Assembly (NCBI GenBank): GCA_963666575.2
Contig: CAXXYG010000013.1
Coordinates: 32,099 to 96,098 of the forward strand
DNA: 64,000 bases
Direction of reading: 5' to 3'
From: Prolixibacteraceae bacterium
Lineage (GTDB): Bacteria; Bacteroidota; Bacteroidia; Bacteroidales; Prolixibacteraceae
Shown: positions 51,965-62,501 of the stretch, piece after piece
How positions within the stretch are numbered: the stretch's first letter is position 1
Layout: every line of letters starts with the position of its first letter
The notes under the pieces: model-generated
Seen by the model: only the letters and a program-made list of their open reading frames with translations
Told to the model about the DNA's origin: nothing
Database searches by the model: none
Position numbers and translations under genes: made by a program

Positions 51965-53365
51965 ATGAGGCAGACGAAAATTATAGCTAGTATTTCAGAT
52001 AGCCGCTGTGAAGTTGATTTTATAAGGTCGTTGTACAATGCCGGAATGAATGTGGCTCGTATAAATACTGCGCATATAACAACCGAAAGCGGGAAAAAAT
52101 TAATCGATAATATCCGTGAAGTTTCTGAAAAAATTGCCATCCTGATTGACACAAAAGGGCCTGAAATTAGGACAAAGAATGTGCTACAGGAAATTACCGT
52201 CAAACAAGGTGAAATGATTGACGTATCGGGCCAATTTGAAAATTCAGATCAAAAAAACCTGAGTGTTTCATACACCGGGTTTGTTGCTGACTTGCCTATT
52301 GGTGCTCAAATTCTAATTGATGATGGCGACATTGAATTGATTGTTTCAGAAAAAACACCAACCAAATTAATTTGCACCGTTGGAAACGATGGTACTATTA
52401 AAAACAACAAAAGTATCAATGTTCCTTCAGTTTCAATTCAACTGCCTTCAATTTCGGAGAAGGACAAAAAATTTATACTTTTTGCCATAGAAAACGACCT
52501 GGATTTTATCGCCCATTCGTTTGTAAGGAATAAAAAAGACATAGAAGCTGTTCAGGAAATTTTAGATGAACACAACAGCGAAATTAAAATTATTGCAAAA
52601 ATTGAAAACCTGGATGGAGTAACCAATATTGATGAAATATTAAAAGAAGCCTACGGCATTATGGTTGCGCGAGGTGATTTAGGCATTGAATTACCCGCTG
52701 AGAAAATACCAACCATCCAGCGGCAACTAATCAGGAAATCGGTTAAATATAAAAAACCTGTAATTATTGCCACACAAATGCTTCACAGTATGATTGAGCA
52801 CCCAAGGCCAACCCGAGCTGAAGTAAGTGATGTAGCAAATGCAATATTTTCACGAACAGATGCCATTATGCTAAGTGGCGAAACAGCTTATGGCAAATAC
52901 CCGGAAGAAGCTGTTAAAACATTCGATCGAATAGCCAAGGAAGTAGAACCCAGCAAACAAAAACGTAATGACATAACTATCCCTCTGGTACAACAAGAAA
53001 CACCCGTTTACCTTGCCGATTTAGCAATTAAAGCTGCTAATGAATTAAAACCCAAAGCCATTGTTACCTCAACCACTACAGGGCGCACGTCCAGATATCT
53101 GGCTGCTTTTAGGCCCGACGTACCAATTATTGCCATGTGCCATTCGATGCGGACTGTACGCGAAATGGCTCTTTCATATGGTGTTGAACCAACATTCCTC
53201 GAGGTTAAAAAAAATAAATTTAAAATTGAAAAAGCAGCAATTGATTCTTTAATAGCCGATGGTTTAATTACTGAAGATGATTTGATAATTTACATTGGTG
53301 GCCGGTTCGGAAAAGATTGTGGTGCAACCTTTATCGAAATATCAACAGCAGGTAAATTAACTTAA
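51965..53365 (+). CDS. pyk: pyruvate kinase
   Basis: Motifs are MRQTKIIASI, ARINTAH and MVARGDLGIE. The start is placed at the ATG at 51965 inside the listed ORF. Confidence 0.9.
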   Translation: MRQTKIIASISDSRCEVDFIRSLYNAGMNVARINTAHITTESGKKLIDNIREVSEKIAILIDTKGPEIRTKNVLQEITVKQGEMIDVSGQFENSDQKNLSVSYTGFVADLPIGAQILIDDGDIELIVSEKTPTKLICTVGNDGTIKNNKSINVPSVSIQLPSISEKDKKFILFAIENDLDFIAHSFVRNKKDIEAVQEILDEHNSEIKIIAKIENLDGVTNIDEILKEAYGIMVARGDLGIELPAEKIPTIQRQLIRKSVKYKKPVIIATQMLHSMIEHPRPTRAEVSDVANAIFSRTDAIMLSGETAYGKYPEEAVKTFDRIAKEVEPSKQKRNDITIPLVQQETPVYLADLAIKAANELKPKAIVTSTTTGRTSRYLAAFRPDVPIIAMCHSMRTVREMALSYGVEPTFLEVKKNKFKIEKAAIDSLIADGLITEDDLIIYIGGRFGKDCGATFIEISTAGKLT

Positions 53366-53377
53366 TAAATTAGTAAT

Positions 53378-54025
53378 CTACCTAAAATCAATAACCTCAA
53401 GATCCTTATATTTTGATTTGTCAAAAACAAAAAATGAATCGGGAATTGATTGGTTGGTGACCATATTGTCTATTATAATGGTAGTTGAACCACCATCAAA
53501 ATCATACACAATTCCTGATTGAATCATCATTTTAGATTTATCAATTTTGATTGTAATTTTAGAAAAATCTTCACCTTCATTTTGAGGAATAAGGTCGATC
53601 AAATATAAAACAGTGCCTCCTTCACTCTTTTCGGATACAAATTCGAAATTAAAGTCACCTTTATAAATCTGAAATATTTTAGCAGGGTCCAATAATTCGT
53701 CTGATTCTTCATCGATTAACGAAATGGTTACTTGATTCCCATCTTCCATATATGTCCATATTGTTTGACCGTCTGAAAAAATCTCAACTCCCATTTCGGG
53801 AATAGTTACATGGTATTTTTTACCGTTCAAATCAATTGACCCCTTATAAGCCTCATTCATTCCGGCATTTTCATTCTCCATTGAATATGAGAATGATGCT
53901 TTAATTGTTTCAAATGCTTCGGTTTTTTTACTCACCTGCTCTAGAATATTTTGAGCTTTGTTATCATTTTGCGCAAATGAATTAATACAAAAAAATATAA
54001 ATCCTATAATAAATAATTGTTTCAT
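53378..54025 (-). CDS. lolA: LolA-like outer-membrane lipoprotein carrier protein
   Basis: 215 aa with a signal peptide and LolA-like size and pattern. It lies immediately downstream of ftsK, a recurrent arrangement in Bacteroidota as I recall. Confidence 0.65.
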   Translation of the reverse strand: MKQLFIIGFIFFCINSFAQNDNKAQNILEQVSKKTEAFETIKASFSYSMENENAGMNEAYKGSIDLNGKKYHVTIPEMGVEIFSDGQTIWTYMEDGNQVTISLIDEESDELLDPAKIFQIYKGDFNFEFVSEKSEGGTVLYLIDLIPQNEGEDFSKITIKIDKSKMMIQSGIVYDFDGGSTTIIIDNMVTNQSIPDSFFVFDKSKYKDLEVIDFR

Positions 54026-54034
54026 TCCTGTTTT

Positions 54035-56449
54035 TTAATTCAAACTATTCAATAACTGTTCCAAACTATACTCATCCTGAATAAGCACCTGCCTGGCTTT
54101 GCTTCCTTCACTTGGGCCCACAATATTTGCTGCTTCTAATTGGTCCATAATTCGTCCTGCCCTGTTATAACCTATTGCCAATTTACGTTGAATCATCGAT
54201 GTTGAACCTACTTGGTTTGCTACAACCAACCTGGCTGATTCTTCAAATAATTCATCTGTATTCTCAAGGTCGGCAACAGAACCATTGTCGTCATCACCCA
54301 CATACTCGGGCAATAAATATGGCTCAGGATAACCTTGTTGGTCCGAAATATATTTACAAATTTCTTCCACTTCAGGCGTATCAACAAACGCACACTGTAC
54401 CCTTGTTAAACTACTTCCGGTTGAAATTAGCATATCACCTTTACCAATTAATTGATTGGCACCTGGCATATCAAGGATGGTTCTGGAGTCAATCATTGAT
54501 GCTACTTTAAAAGCAATCCGTGTCGGGAAATTGGCTTTAATAACACCTGTAATAATTGTAACCGAAGGACGCTGTGTTGCTATTATCATGTGAATACCAA
54601 CGGCCCGTGCCAATTGTGCAATTCGGGCAATAGGCATTTCTACTTCTTTACCGGCTGTCATTATCAAGTCAGCAAACTCATCAATAACCACAACTATATA
54701 TGGCATAAACCTGTGCCCTTTTTCAGGATTTAAACGCCTTCCAATAAATTTTACGTTGTATTCTTTTATATTCCTGACATGTGCTTTTTTCAATAAATCA
54801 TAACGCGAATCCATCTCAATATTAACCGAATTCAGGGTATTTTTTACTTTCTGAACATCGGTTATTATTGAATCTTCTTCGCCTGGGAGTTTTGCCAGAA
54901 AGTGTTTTTCAATTACTGAATAAATGCTTAATTCAACCTTCTTAGGATCGATAAAAATAAATTTAAGCTGAGAAGGGTGTTTTTTGAATAACAAAGAAGT
55001 TATTAAAACATTTAATCCCACCGATTTACCTTGTCCTGTTGCACCAGCAACAAGAATATGTGGCATTTTAACTAAATCGAACATAAATGTTTCATTCGAA
55101 ATTGTTTTCCCAATAACAACGGGTAATTCAGCGGAAGTTTCCTGAAATTTTTTGGAAATAATAATCGACCTCATGGAAACAATTTCGGGGTGCTGATTTG
55201 GCACCTCAATACCAATTGTCCCCCTCCCAGGGATTGGGGCAATAATTCTGATTCCCAAAGCAGCAAGGCTCAGGGCTATATCATCTTCGAGATTTTTAAT
55301 TTTTGCTATACGGATACCCGGTGCCGGCACAATTTCATACAAAGTAATTGTGGGGCCAATGGTTGCCCGAATTTTAGTAATTTCAATTTTATAATGGCGA
55401 AGGGTTTCGACAATTTTATTTTTATTCGAAATAAGCTCTTCATTTGAAACTTCAGCATTGCGCGATTGATGTTCAATCAACATGTCGGCAGGAGGTACCT
55501 TATAATTTGATAGATCAAGTGTTGGGTCATAATCAGCAAGGGGCTCTTTTGATAATTCAGGCTCTTCTTCTTCAGGCAGTTTTTCAACAGTTAATTCCAA
55601 ATCATCTAATTCATCCTTAGGGACCTCTGTTTCATTATTTTCAAGCGATGGGGAAATTTCAAGTCCATTATCATCTATTTCATCCGGATCAAATACTGCC
55701 TTGACTATATCATCGTCTTCAATTACTTTCGAAATCGAATCATCAACTAATAAAGCTCCATTATCATCATCAATATCAATGCCATCTGGTCCAATATTCT
55801 CTAATTCTGAATCAGCATCTGTGGTTTTTGATGCAAAAATCCTTTTTAACCAAGGTATTAAATTTTCGAAACTGGCAATTAAAAATACAAAAGCCGAAAA
55901 TACCAATAATAAAAGTGTACCGGTTTTTCCAATTACCGACTCAAGCCATAAACTACAAATAAAACCATACCTTCCTCCCAGATAAGTATAAATCGAAACA
56001 TCATCTTTTACAAACAAAGCACCCAAGGCAATTGAAACCCAAATAATTATAAAAATAGAATACCATAAATTCTTTTTCAGGTTAACCAGTTTTTTACCTA
56101 AAATTTGCAGGCCGCTAATTATCAGCAAATAAACAAATACGAATGAAATTATTCCAAATCCCCTGTTAATAATTACCTCTGATAAATAGGCACCGGTTTT
56201 TCCGGCTTTATTCCCAACTTTAACATCCGAATTAAAAACGAGGTCGCTCCAGCTTAAATCCAACTTACTTTGATCGGCTGCCCCATAAAATAAAAATGAA
56301 ATAAATGCCACCAGAAAAAAAACTGCAACTGCCAAAAAAAGTGCACCAAAACCATACCTGAACTTATCACCTTTTAAAAATGAAGTACCCGGTTTTTTAA
56401 CCTTTTTTTTCGTATGAATTTTTCCTGCGCGTCTCTTCTTTGTAGCCAT
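54035..56449 (-). CDS. ftsK: DNA translocase FtsK
   Basis: It has N-terminal TM helices, an acidic linker, a motor domain with Walker A GATGQGKS, and a C-terminal gamma winged-helix (SMIQRKLAIGYNRAGR). The start is placed at the MATKKRR ATG (56449). Confidence 0.9.
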   Translation of the reverse strand: MATKKRRAGKIHTKKKVKKPGTSFLKGDKFRYGFGALFLAVAVFFLVAFISFLFYGAADQSKLDLSWSDLVFNSDVKVGNKAGKTGAYLSEVIINRGFGIISFVFVYLLIISGLQILGKKLVNLKKNLWYSIFIIIWVSIALGALFVKDDVSIYTYLGGRYGFICSLWLESVIGKTGTLLLLVFSAFVFLIASFENLIPWLKRIFASKTTDADSELENIGPDGIDIDDDNGALLVDDSISKVIEDDDIVKAVFDPDEIDDNGLEISPSLENNETEVPKDELDDLELTVEKLPEEEEPELSKEPLADYDPTLDLSNYKVPPADMLIEHQSRNAEVSNEELISNKNKIVETLRHYKIEITKIRATIGPTITLYEIVPAPGIRIAKIKNLEDDIALSLAALGIRIIAPIPGRGTIGIEVPNQHPEIVSMRSIIISKKFQETSAELPVVIGKTISNETFMFDLVKMPHILVAGATGQGKSVGLNVLITSLLFKKHPSQLKFIFIDPKKVELSIYSVIEKHFLAKLPGEEDSIITDVQKVKNTLNSVNIEMDSRYDLLKKAHVRNIKEYNVKFIGRRLNPEKGHRFMPYIVVVIDEFADLIMTAGKEVEMPIARIAQLARAVGIHMIIATQRPSVTIITGVIKANFPTRIAFKVASMIDSRTILDMPGANQLIGKGDMLISTGSSLTRVQCAFVDTPEVEEICKYISDQQGYPEPYLLPEYVGDDDNGSVADLENTDELFEESARLVVANQVGSTSMIQRKLAIGYNRAGRIMDQLEAANIVGPSEGSKARQVLIQDEYSLEQLLNSLN

Positions 56450-56786
56450 TAGCATGTGTAAAACAATGTGCAAAGTTAACGAAAAATATTTAGTGTGCCT
56501 TTTATCTCTGGGCTTTTATAGCATCTGCTTCAGATATTACTTGTACCTAATTAAATACACCTAAGGTGGTTAATAACTATCTAAATAACAAACACTAAAC
56601 GTATCCATATTTCCCAATTATTTATTAATTTTCCCATAAATAGAACATAAAAGCAGCTACTTTTTATGACAACGCATTGCCTGTCAATTACTTCGGGTAC
56701 CTGGCATGTGTTTTGATATTAAAAATCATCAAATCAGTGGTTTGGACGCTTAAATTGAGAAATTTATATTCAATAAAAAAAACTAA

Positions 56787-57353
56787 ATGAATAATATTTT
56801 CAAGCTATGTTTTTTCATCTGTTTACTTTTTACATCGTCAGCAATTAAAGCGCAAAAGGATAAAAGCGTAAATGTTGGGATAACCATAATGGAATCATCA
56901 AGCTTAAATTTTATCAATTTAGCCGGAAACACTGCCCTGTATTTACAACCCACAGCCCCAACTGAAGCAGGAAATGCATTGGATTTTAGTAATGCAACAA
57001 ACAGCGACATATGGCTTAATTATTCGTCAATTGTCAGGCCAGGAACATCAAAAAATGTAATGGTTCAAATTACTGACGGTGAAATTCCCAATGGGCTCAC
57101 ACTTAAAGTTATTGCTGGTGAAGATGTAAAAGAAGGAAAAGGAAAAACAGGAAATCCTACCGGACAAGTTGTATTATCAAACCAGGCTAAACCCGTACTT
57201 ACCGATTTAAAAAGCTGCTATACAGGAATCGGGGTTGCCAAAGGCCATAACCTGACTTATTCTCTCGAACTATCATCGTTAGACGATTATAACCAATTAA
57301 CTTCGACTACCAATACCATTTCAATTACCTACACTTTTATGGAAAACAATTAA
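56787..57353 (+). CDS. hypothetical secreted protein
   Basis: 188 aa with a signal peptide (FFICLLFTSSAIKAQ). It is beta-rich and Ser/Thr/Asn-rich, and I recognise no family. Confidence 0.5.
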   Translation: MNNIFKLCFFICLLFTSSAIKAQKDKSVNVGITIMESSSLNFINLAGNTALYLQPTAPTEAGNALDFSNATNSDIWLNYSSIVRPGTSKNVMVQITDGEIPNGLTLKVIAGEDVKEGKGKTGNPTGQVVLSNQAKPVLTDLKSCYTGIGVAKGHNLTYSLELSSLDDYNQLTSTTNTISITYTFMENN

Positions 57354-57534
57354 CAACTGGAAATCTGGCATTTAACTTATCCCATTTTAATAAAATTCAA
57401 TTGTTTAAACATATGTTTTTCCATAAATAAAATTGTTTTAAAGCATCTATTTTCTAACAAAAACACCTATAAACATCATATAAAATCAGTTTGCCTTTAT
57501 TTATGTTTGCATTATTACAAACATCGATCAATAA

Positions 57535-58494
57535 ATGATGAAAAAACTTGCAGTAGTAGCTTTGGGAGGAAATGCCTTATTAAGAGGCGATGAAGCAGGG
57601 ACTATAGAAGAACAGGAAAAAAATGCAACAGAAACGCTTGAGAACCTGATCTATTTAATACGTGATGGGTATGACCTGGTTATTACACACGGCAATGGGC
57701 CCCAGGTAGGCAATATTTTAATGCGTAATGCTGCTGGAGAGGAAATGTACAATATTGCACCAATGCCACTCGATATTTGTGTTGCTGATACTCAGGGAGG
57801 AATTGGTTATATGCTGGAACGCATGATTCGTAATGTTTTAACAAAACATGGAATTCAGAAAAATGTTATCACACTGGTAACAATGGTTGAAATTGACCCA
57901 AAAGATGAAGCATTTAATAATCCTTCGAAAAGAGTTGGGAAAATATATAAGAAACAGGAAGCTGAAAAATTAAACAAACTAAAAGGCTGGGAATTTAAAC
58001 CTACGCCAAAAGCCGATGATGGTTTCCGGAGAGTGGTTCCATCACCACAGCCTATTTCCATAATCAACAAAAACACCATACAAACCCTGGCACAACAGGG
58101 TAACATTGTAATTGCAGGTGGCGGCGGCGGAATCCCTATTTATTTCGACGAAAAAAATAACATTCGTACATTAGATGCTGTTATTGATAAAGACATGGCT
58201 TCAAGTTTATTGGCAGTTAATATTAAGGCCGATGAGTTGTATATTTTAACTGATGTACCATTTATTTACAAAGATTTTGGAAAACCTACGCAAGAAAAAC
58301 TTGAATTTTTGGATTATGCAGATACTATAAAATACAAAAATATGGGGACTTTTTCCCAGGGAACAATGGAGCCAAAAATTAATGCCTGTTTGTTTTTTAT
58401 TAAAAACGGAGGTAATAAAAGTGTAATTACAGAAGCAAAAAAACTGGAAGACAGGTCATATGGCTCCAAAATCACATTGTATTACGACAAATAA
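57535..58494 (+). CDS. arcC: carbamate kinase
   Basis: 319 aa with motifs [18 protein letters not shown] and GGGGIP. Confidence 0.9.
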   Translation: MMKKLAVVALGGNALLRGDEAGTIEEQEKNATETLENLIYLIRDGYDLVITHGNGPQVGNILMRNAAGEEMYNIAPMPLDICVADTQGGIGYMLERMIRNVLTKHGIQKNVITLVTMVEIDPKDEAFNNPSKRVGKIYKKQEAEKLNKLKGWEFKPTPKADDGFRRVVPSPQPISIINKNTIQTLAQQGNIVIAGGGGGIPIYFDEKNNIRTLDAVIDKDMASSLLAVNIKADELYILTDVPFIYKDFGKPTQEKLEFLDYADTIKYKNMGTFSQGTMEPKINACLFFIKNGGNKSVITEAKKLEDRSYGSKITLYYDK

Positions 58495-58505
58495 AACAAA
58501 CAACT

Positions 58506-59504
58506 ATGGCAATCAATTTAAAAAACCGTAATTTTTTAAAACTATTGGACTACTCTTCTGATGAAATAAACTATTTAATAGAATTCTCAAACGAACTAAA
58601 AAAAGCCAAATATGCTGGTTCTGAACAACAAAAGCTTACTGGTAAAAACATTGCTTTAATATTTGAAAAAAGCTCGACACGTACACGTTGTGCCTTTGAA
58701 GTTGCGGCTTACGACCAAGGGGCACATGTTACTTACCTTGGCCCTTCAGGGACACAAATTGGTTCAAAAGAAACGATGAAAGATACTGCCCGTGTTTTGG
58801 GCAAAATGTACGACGGCATACAATACCGTGGCTTTGGACAGGATATTGTTGAGGAATTAGGCACATATGCCGGAGTACCTGTTTGGAATGGGCTGACCAA
58901 TGAATTCCATCCCACACAAATTCTGGCCGATTTTTTAACCATGCACGAACATTGCGCTAAACCACTGTCCGAAATTAAATTTTGTTATTTGGGCGATGCA
59001 CGTAACAATATGGGCAACTCATTAATGGTCGGAGCTGCAAAACTAGGTATGGACTTTAGAGCTGCAGCTCCAGCCGAATGTCAACCCTCAGAAGAATTAC
59101 AAAATACTTGCAGGGCAATTGCTGCCAAAACTGGCGGAAAAATTATGATCACTTCCAATGTTGAAGAAGCGGTAAAAGGTTGTGATTTTTTATATACCGA
59201 TGTATGGGTATCAATGGGTGAACCGGATGAGGTATGGGCACAACGCATAAAACAACTCCTTCCTTACCAGGTAAATAGCAGTGTTGTAAAAATGACTCAA
59301 AATCCAGAAGTGAAATTTTTACATTGTTTGCCTGCTTTTCATAACCGTGATACAAAAATGGGAGAAGAGATCTTTCAAAAATTTGGCATAAATTCAATGG
59401 AGGTTACCGACGAAGTGTTTGAAAGCCCGGCATCGATTGTTTTTGACCAGGCTGAAAACCGGATGCATACAATTAAGGCAGTGATGGTAGCCACATTAGG
59501 ATAA
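58506..59504 (+). CDS. argF: ornithine carbamoyltransferase (a related carbamoyltransferase is not excluded)
   Basis: 332 aa with motifs [21 protein letters not shown] and HCLPAFH. Confidence 0.88.
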   Translation: MAINLKNRNFLKLLDYSSDEINYLIEFSNELKKAKYAGSEQQKLTGKNIALIFEKSSTRTRCAFEVAAYDQGAHVTYLGPSGTQIGSKETMKDTARVLGKMYDGIQYRGFGQDIVEELGTYAGVPVWNGLTNEFHPTQILADFLTMHEHCAKPLSEIKFCYLGDARNNMGNSLMVGAAKLGMDFRAAAPAECQPSEELQNTCRAIAAKTGGKIMITSNVEEAVKGCDFLYTDVWVSMGEPDEVWAQRIKQLLPYQVNSSVVKMTQNPEVKFLHCLPAFHNRDTKMGEEIFQKFGINSMEVTDEVFESPASIVFDQAENRMHTIKAVMVATLG

Positions 59505-59534
59505 AAAACAAAAGGCTGCCCGTGTGGGCAGCCC
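59505..59534. terminator. GC-rich hairpin between argF (+) and the GIN-domain gene (-)
   Basis: Stem ggctgccc / gggcagcc with loop gtgt. The T-rich tract (ttttgtttttt) lies on the minus-strand side. Confidence 0.6.
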
Positions 59535-59608
59535 TCAATAACTAACTAAATAAAACTATTATGACTATTCTCAAAAAAATCTGCTGCTGTTGCTATATAT
59601 AACTTAAA

Positions 59609-60319
59609 TTAGTCTCTTGATATTGTGCCTAAGCCCTCAATATTTTTATGAACTTCGGGATTGCCTTTGTACTTAATTTTCCCAACACCTTCAATTTTGG
59701 CATATAACTCCTCAGTAGTATATACACTTGCAGTTCCGACACCTTCTATTTTAATACGTGCCTCTTTTGTTTTTAATTCATCGGCATCTAAAAAACCGGC
59801 TCCCGATAATCGGGCTTCCAGATATTCAGCTACACCTTTTAATTCATAAAAAACACCACCTTCACCAATAACTTCAATACTATTTGCTTTTAAGTCCATT
59901 TCAATTTTTGCTCCTCCTTCAACATGAAGGTAAAAATCATCAAGGTCGACATATCCTTTGGTTTCAAGCTTCACACCACCCTGAATATGTAAACTTTCCA
60001 AATCCTTAAAAGTGATGTACAAAATAATCCTTTCAAAATCGAGGTGTCTTTTAGTGACAGTCAGTTTCAGAAATTCATTGTCATTATCCACATCAATATA
60101 ATCGAAAGCATCACTATCAGAGGCTTTTATAGTTAATGATGCCTGGTCGTCCTGCTTTAGAATTACTTTATAACCTCCTTCAAGGTAAACCTTTCTGAAA
60201 TTATTAACCTCGTAGGTACGGCTTTCGAAATCGTCGTACTGAGCATTGCTTTTAAGCGTACACGAAGCTGTTAAAAATCCTATTAAAAAGGCAATTGAAG
60301 CGAACTTAAATAGTTTCAT
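59609..60319 (-). CDS. GIN-domain (DUF2807-like) lipoprotein
   Basis: 236 aa with a lipoprotein signal (FLTASC). It has repeated beta-helix-like segments (GG.K.E..G, EGVG...) like putative auto-transporter adhesin head GIN domains. Confidence 0.55.
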   Translation of the reverse strand: MKLFKFASIAFLIGFLTASCTLKSNAQYDDFESRTYEVNNFRKVYLEGGYKVILKQDDQASLTIKASDSDAFDYIDVDNDNEFLKLTVTKRHLDFERIILYITFKDLESLHIQGGVKLETKGYVDLDDFYLHVEGGAKIEMDLKANSIEVIGEGGVFYELKGVAEYLEARLSGAGFLDADELKTKEARIKIEGVGTASVYTTEELYAKIEGVGKIKYKGNPEVHKNIEGLGTISRD

Positions 60320-60555
60320 GGTTAATAGTTTATGGTTTTCTAATGGCTGGTATTTTAGTTTCTGTAACCAAAAATAACAGCCTTTACCTGCGAAACTAAA
60401 ACTAATTCGATAAACCGCCGTTTTTTAACGACGAATGGAAAATGGAAGATAAATTCCGGAGAATGAAAAAAGTAAAAAGGAACGGAGATTAAGGTACTTC
60501 GGAAGTACTACCCCCTACCTCTGAAGTACCCCTCCCCACTTTTTTTGTGCATGAT

Positions 60556-60828
60556 CGGACAAAATAGCTGCGGCTTCGATGAAAAAAAGTGCAACGACGA
60601 AGAAAATTTGTCGGAACATGGACAAAATAAATGTAACACCGAACAAATTTAGTGGGAACACGGACAAAATAAGTGCAACACCGAACAAATTTAGTGCGGC
60701 AACGGAGAAAAAAAGTGCAACGATGAAGAAAATAAAGAGAATGTTTAATTAAATAAATGCAATGTTTGACAAAATAAGTTGAATGGTGTAGATAATTAAG
60801 AGACTGGTTAATTAAGTGTGAGACTGTT
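60556..60828. repeat. 13 tandem degenerate 21-bp units (42-bp higher-order repeat)
   Basis: Units stay in strict 21-nt register from 60556, for example cggacaaaataagtgcaacac / cgaacaaatttagtgcggcaa. U4-U5 and U6-U7 match at about 36/42 positions, and U2 and U8 at 19/21. The repeat decays toward the 3' end. Confidence 0.85.
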
Positions 60829-60873
60829 TAATTAATCCGTATTTCTTTTCGCTGCAACAACCAATTAAAGCTT

Positions 60874-62268
60874 TTACTCTTTTAGGAGAACCGATTTTCC
60901 ATAATAGTCCTCCATACCATAGGTGTCCATATCCATTTTATTACCGTTAATGGTTGCTTGAATTTCAATAATGGTTTTACCTTTTGTCCGAAAAGTAAAT
61001 TTAATACTGTTTCCTATCATCGACAAATTTTCAATTTTATAAGTGTCCTTTGGATTTGATACAGATCCAAACACCCGGTCTCCTTCGGTATTAAAAGCTA
61101 CAGACAATTTATCAGTTTTATTTACCCAATTCCCCTTAAAAAACTGTTTTTCTTCCTTTTTTGCGCTCTCAGAATGTGTTACTATTCTTTCCAAATATTC
61201 ATTTAAAGTTAACCCACCTGCGGTAAAAAATTCTTCCGGAAGAATTGGAAATATCAATTCAGTAGTAAACTTTCGAACTTCCTGATGTGAGTAGGGTATA
61301 AATTGACCTAAAACATTACCACCATTTTTAATGTCCATATTACAAATTAAAACAGGCTCCTTATTGGAGAAATCGATATCAGCCATTGATATACTTTTTA
61401 TTTCAGGGTTTAACCGTGTTTTAAAATAAACCTCTTTTTGCCGGGCATCATAAATGACCGACCATTCCGGTTCATCATTAACCTTAATTTTATCGAGCAT
61501 ATAAAATCCATAGTCGACACTATTTTCTGAAGGATTAAAGGCATTGAGTAAAACATCTGTTTTTATAAACCGGGGGATTTCAGGGTCATTTATATCTACT
61601 TCGTACTCTCCTCCATAGGGTTTAAAATATTTTATTAATTCCATTTCCCGGTCATAAGGTGTATTAAAAAGTGCGGGAATTGGCATGTTTTTACCCTTGT
61701 GTACCACAACTTTACCATCGGCAAATGCAATTGCAGCAGTATTGCCCTGATTATCGCCAACAAAAAAATGCCAGCCCCAGCCATCAATTTCAATATCAGA
61801 TGCACATTGAATTGCTTCTTCGAGTGTTGAAAAATTATCGAGGATGTACTGCATCCAATTCATTTGGTTTAATTTTGGCAAACTATCATTTTGTGGGTAA
61901 TCTGCATCCTCATTCATCTCCCATATATATAGGCCCGCTTCATTCATCCCGCCATCAGGAAAATCTTTGCCAAAATTATTAAACGTTACTGAACCATACC
62001 GTGAAATCCATGTATGCATAGATACTTTTTGTGGTTCTCTATTAATAATTTCATCCCACGTGCTGCCGGTTTTAAATATTCCCCTTTTATTAATAAAAAC
62101 CATTCCGGGCACTCCCAAATCACCTTCATTTAAGTTGTGCCCGTAAATAAGAATGTTTCCTTTTTGAAGTTTAAAAGTTGAACAACCAACAGAATGTAAT
62201 GGAATTAAAAATAATAGGATAAGAGCGGCGCTACCAATTATTAGCAAGTAAAGGGATTTCGAATTCAT
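60874..62268 (-). CDS. choloylglycine hydrolase family (Ntn, linear amide C-N hydrolase) protein with a C-terminal extension
   Basis: 464 aa. The signal/TM region is followed by GCSTFKL, which would be the N-terminal nucleophile Cys. GGMNEAGL is present. About 95 extra C-terminal residues lie beyond the usual family length. Confidence 0.6.
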   Translation of the reverse strand: MNSKSLYLLIIGSAALILLFLIPLHSVGCSTFKLQKGNILIYGHNLNEGDLGVPGMVFINKRGIFKTGSTWDEIINREPQKVSMHTWISRYGSVTFNNFGKDFPDGGMNEAGLYIWEMNEDADYPQNDSLPKLNQMNWMQYILDNFSTLEEAIQCASDIEIDGWGWHFFVGDNQGNTAAIAFADGKVVVHKGKNMPIPALFNTPYDREMELIKYFKPYGGEYEVDINDPEIPRFIKTDVLLNAFNPSENSVDYGFYMLDKIKVNDEPEWSVIYDARQKEVYFKTRLNPEIKSISMADIDFSNKEPVLICNMDIKNGGNVLGQFIPYSHQEVRKFTTELIFPILPEEFFTAGGLTLNEYLERIVTHSESAKKEEKQFFKGNWVNKTDKLSVAFNTEGDRVFGSVSNPKDTYKIENLSMIGNSIKFTFRTKGKTIIEIQATINGNKMDMDTYGMEDYYGKSVLLKE

Positions 62269-62501
62269 AAAAATGGAATTTATTGATTTTATAAAAATTT
62301 AGACGCACAACCAACCGACATGTTGCAATTTTTTAGTTTTTATCGTTTATAAAGTCTTTGGGGAAAACCACCGATAGTTTCCAGGATAAAGAAGATAAAT
62401 CAGTTGGCAAGCGCAGTGTTCAGTTTACTTTATTCAGTATAAAATAGATAACCTAAAACCTTAAACATGTTTGATTGGAAGGCTGTAAACCATCAATTCT
62501 A

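Noticed and set aside
60551-60652. A small plus-strand ORF inside the 21-bp repeat array encodes a Cys-containing heptad peptide, MIGQNSCGFDEKKCNDEENLSEHGQNKCNTEQI. The same frame would continue through two in-frame TAG codons (WEHGQNKCNTEQI, CGNGEKKCNDEENKENV).
   Set aside because: The heptad periodicity follows trivially from a 21-nt DNA repeat. TAG is used as a normal stop by intact genes here (fucosidase, aconitase). I see no obvious ribosome-binding context, and the ORF runs opposite to both flanking genes. It is kept only as a remote alternative to the DNA-level interpretation.
60556-60828. I asked whether the tandem repeat array could be a CRISPR array.
   Set aside because: The units abut one another with no unique spacers, the repeats are degenerate and only 21 bp long, and no cas genes are in the window.
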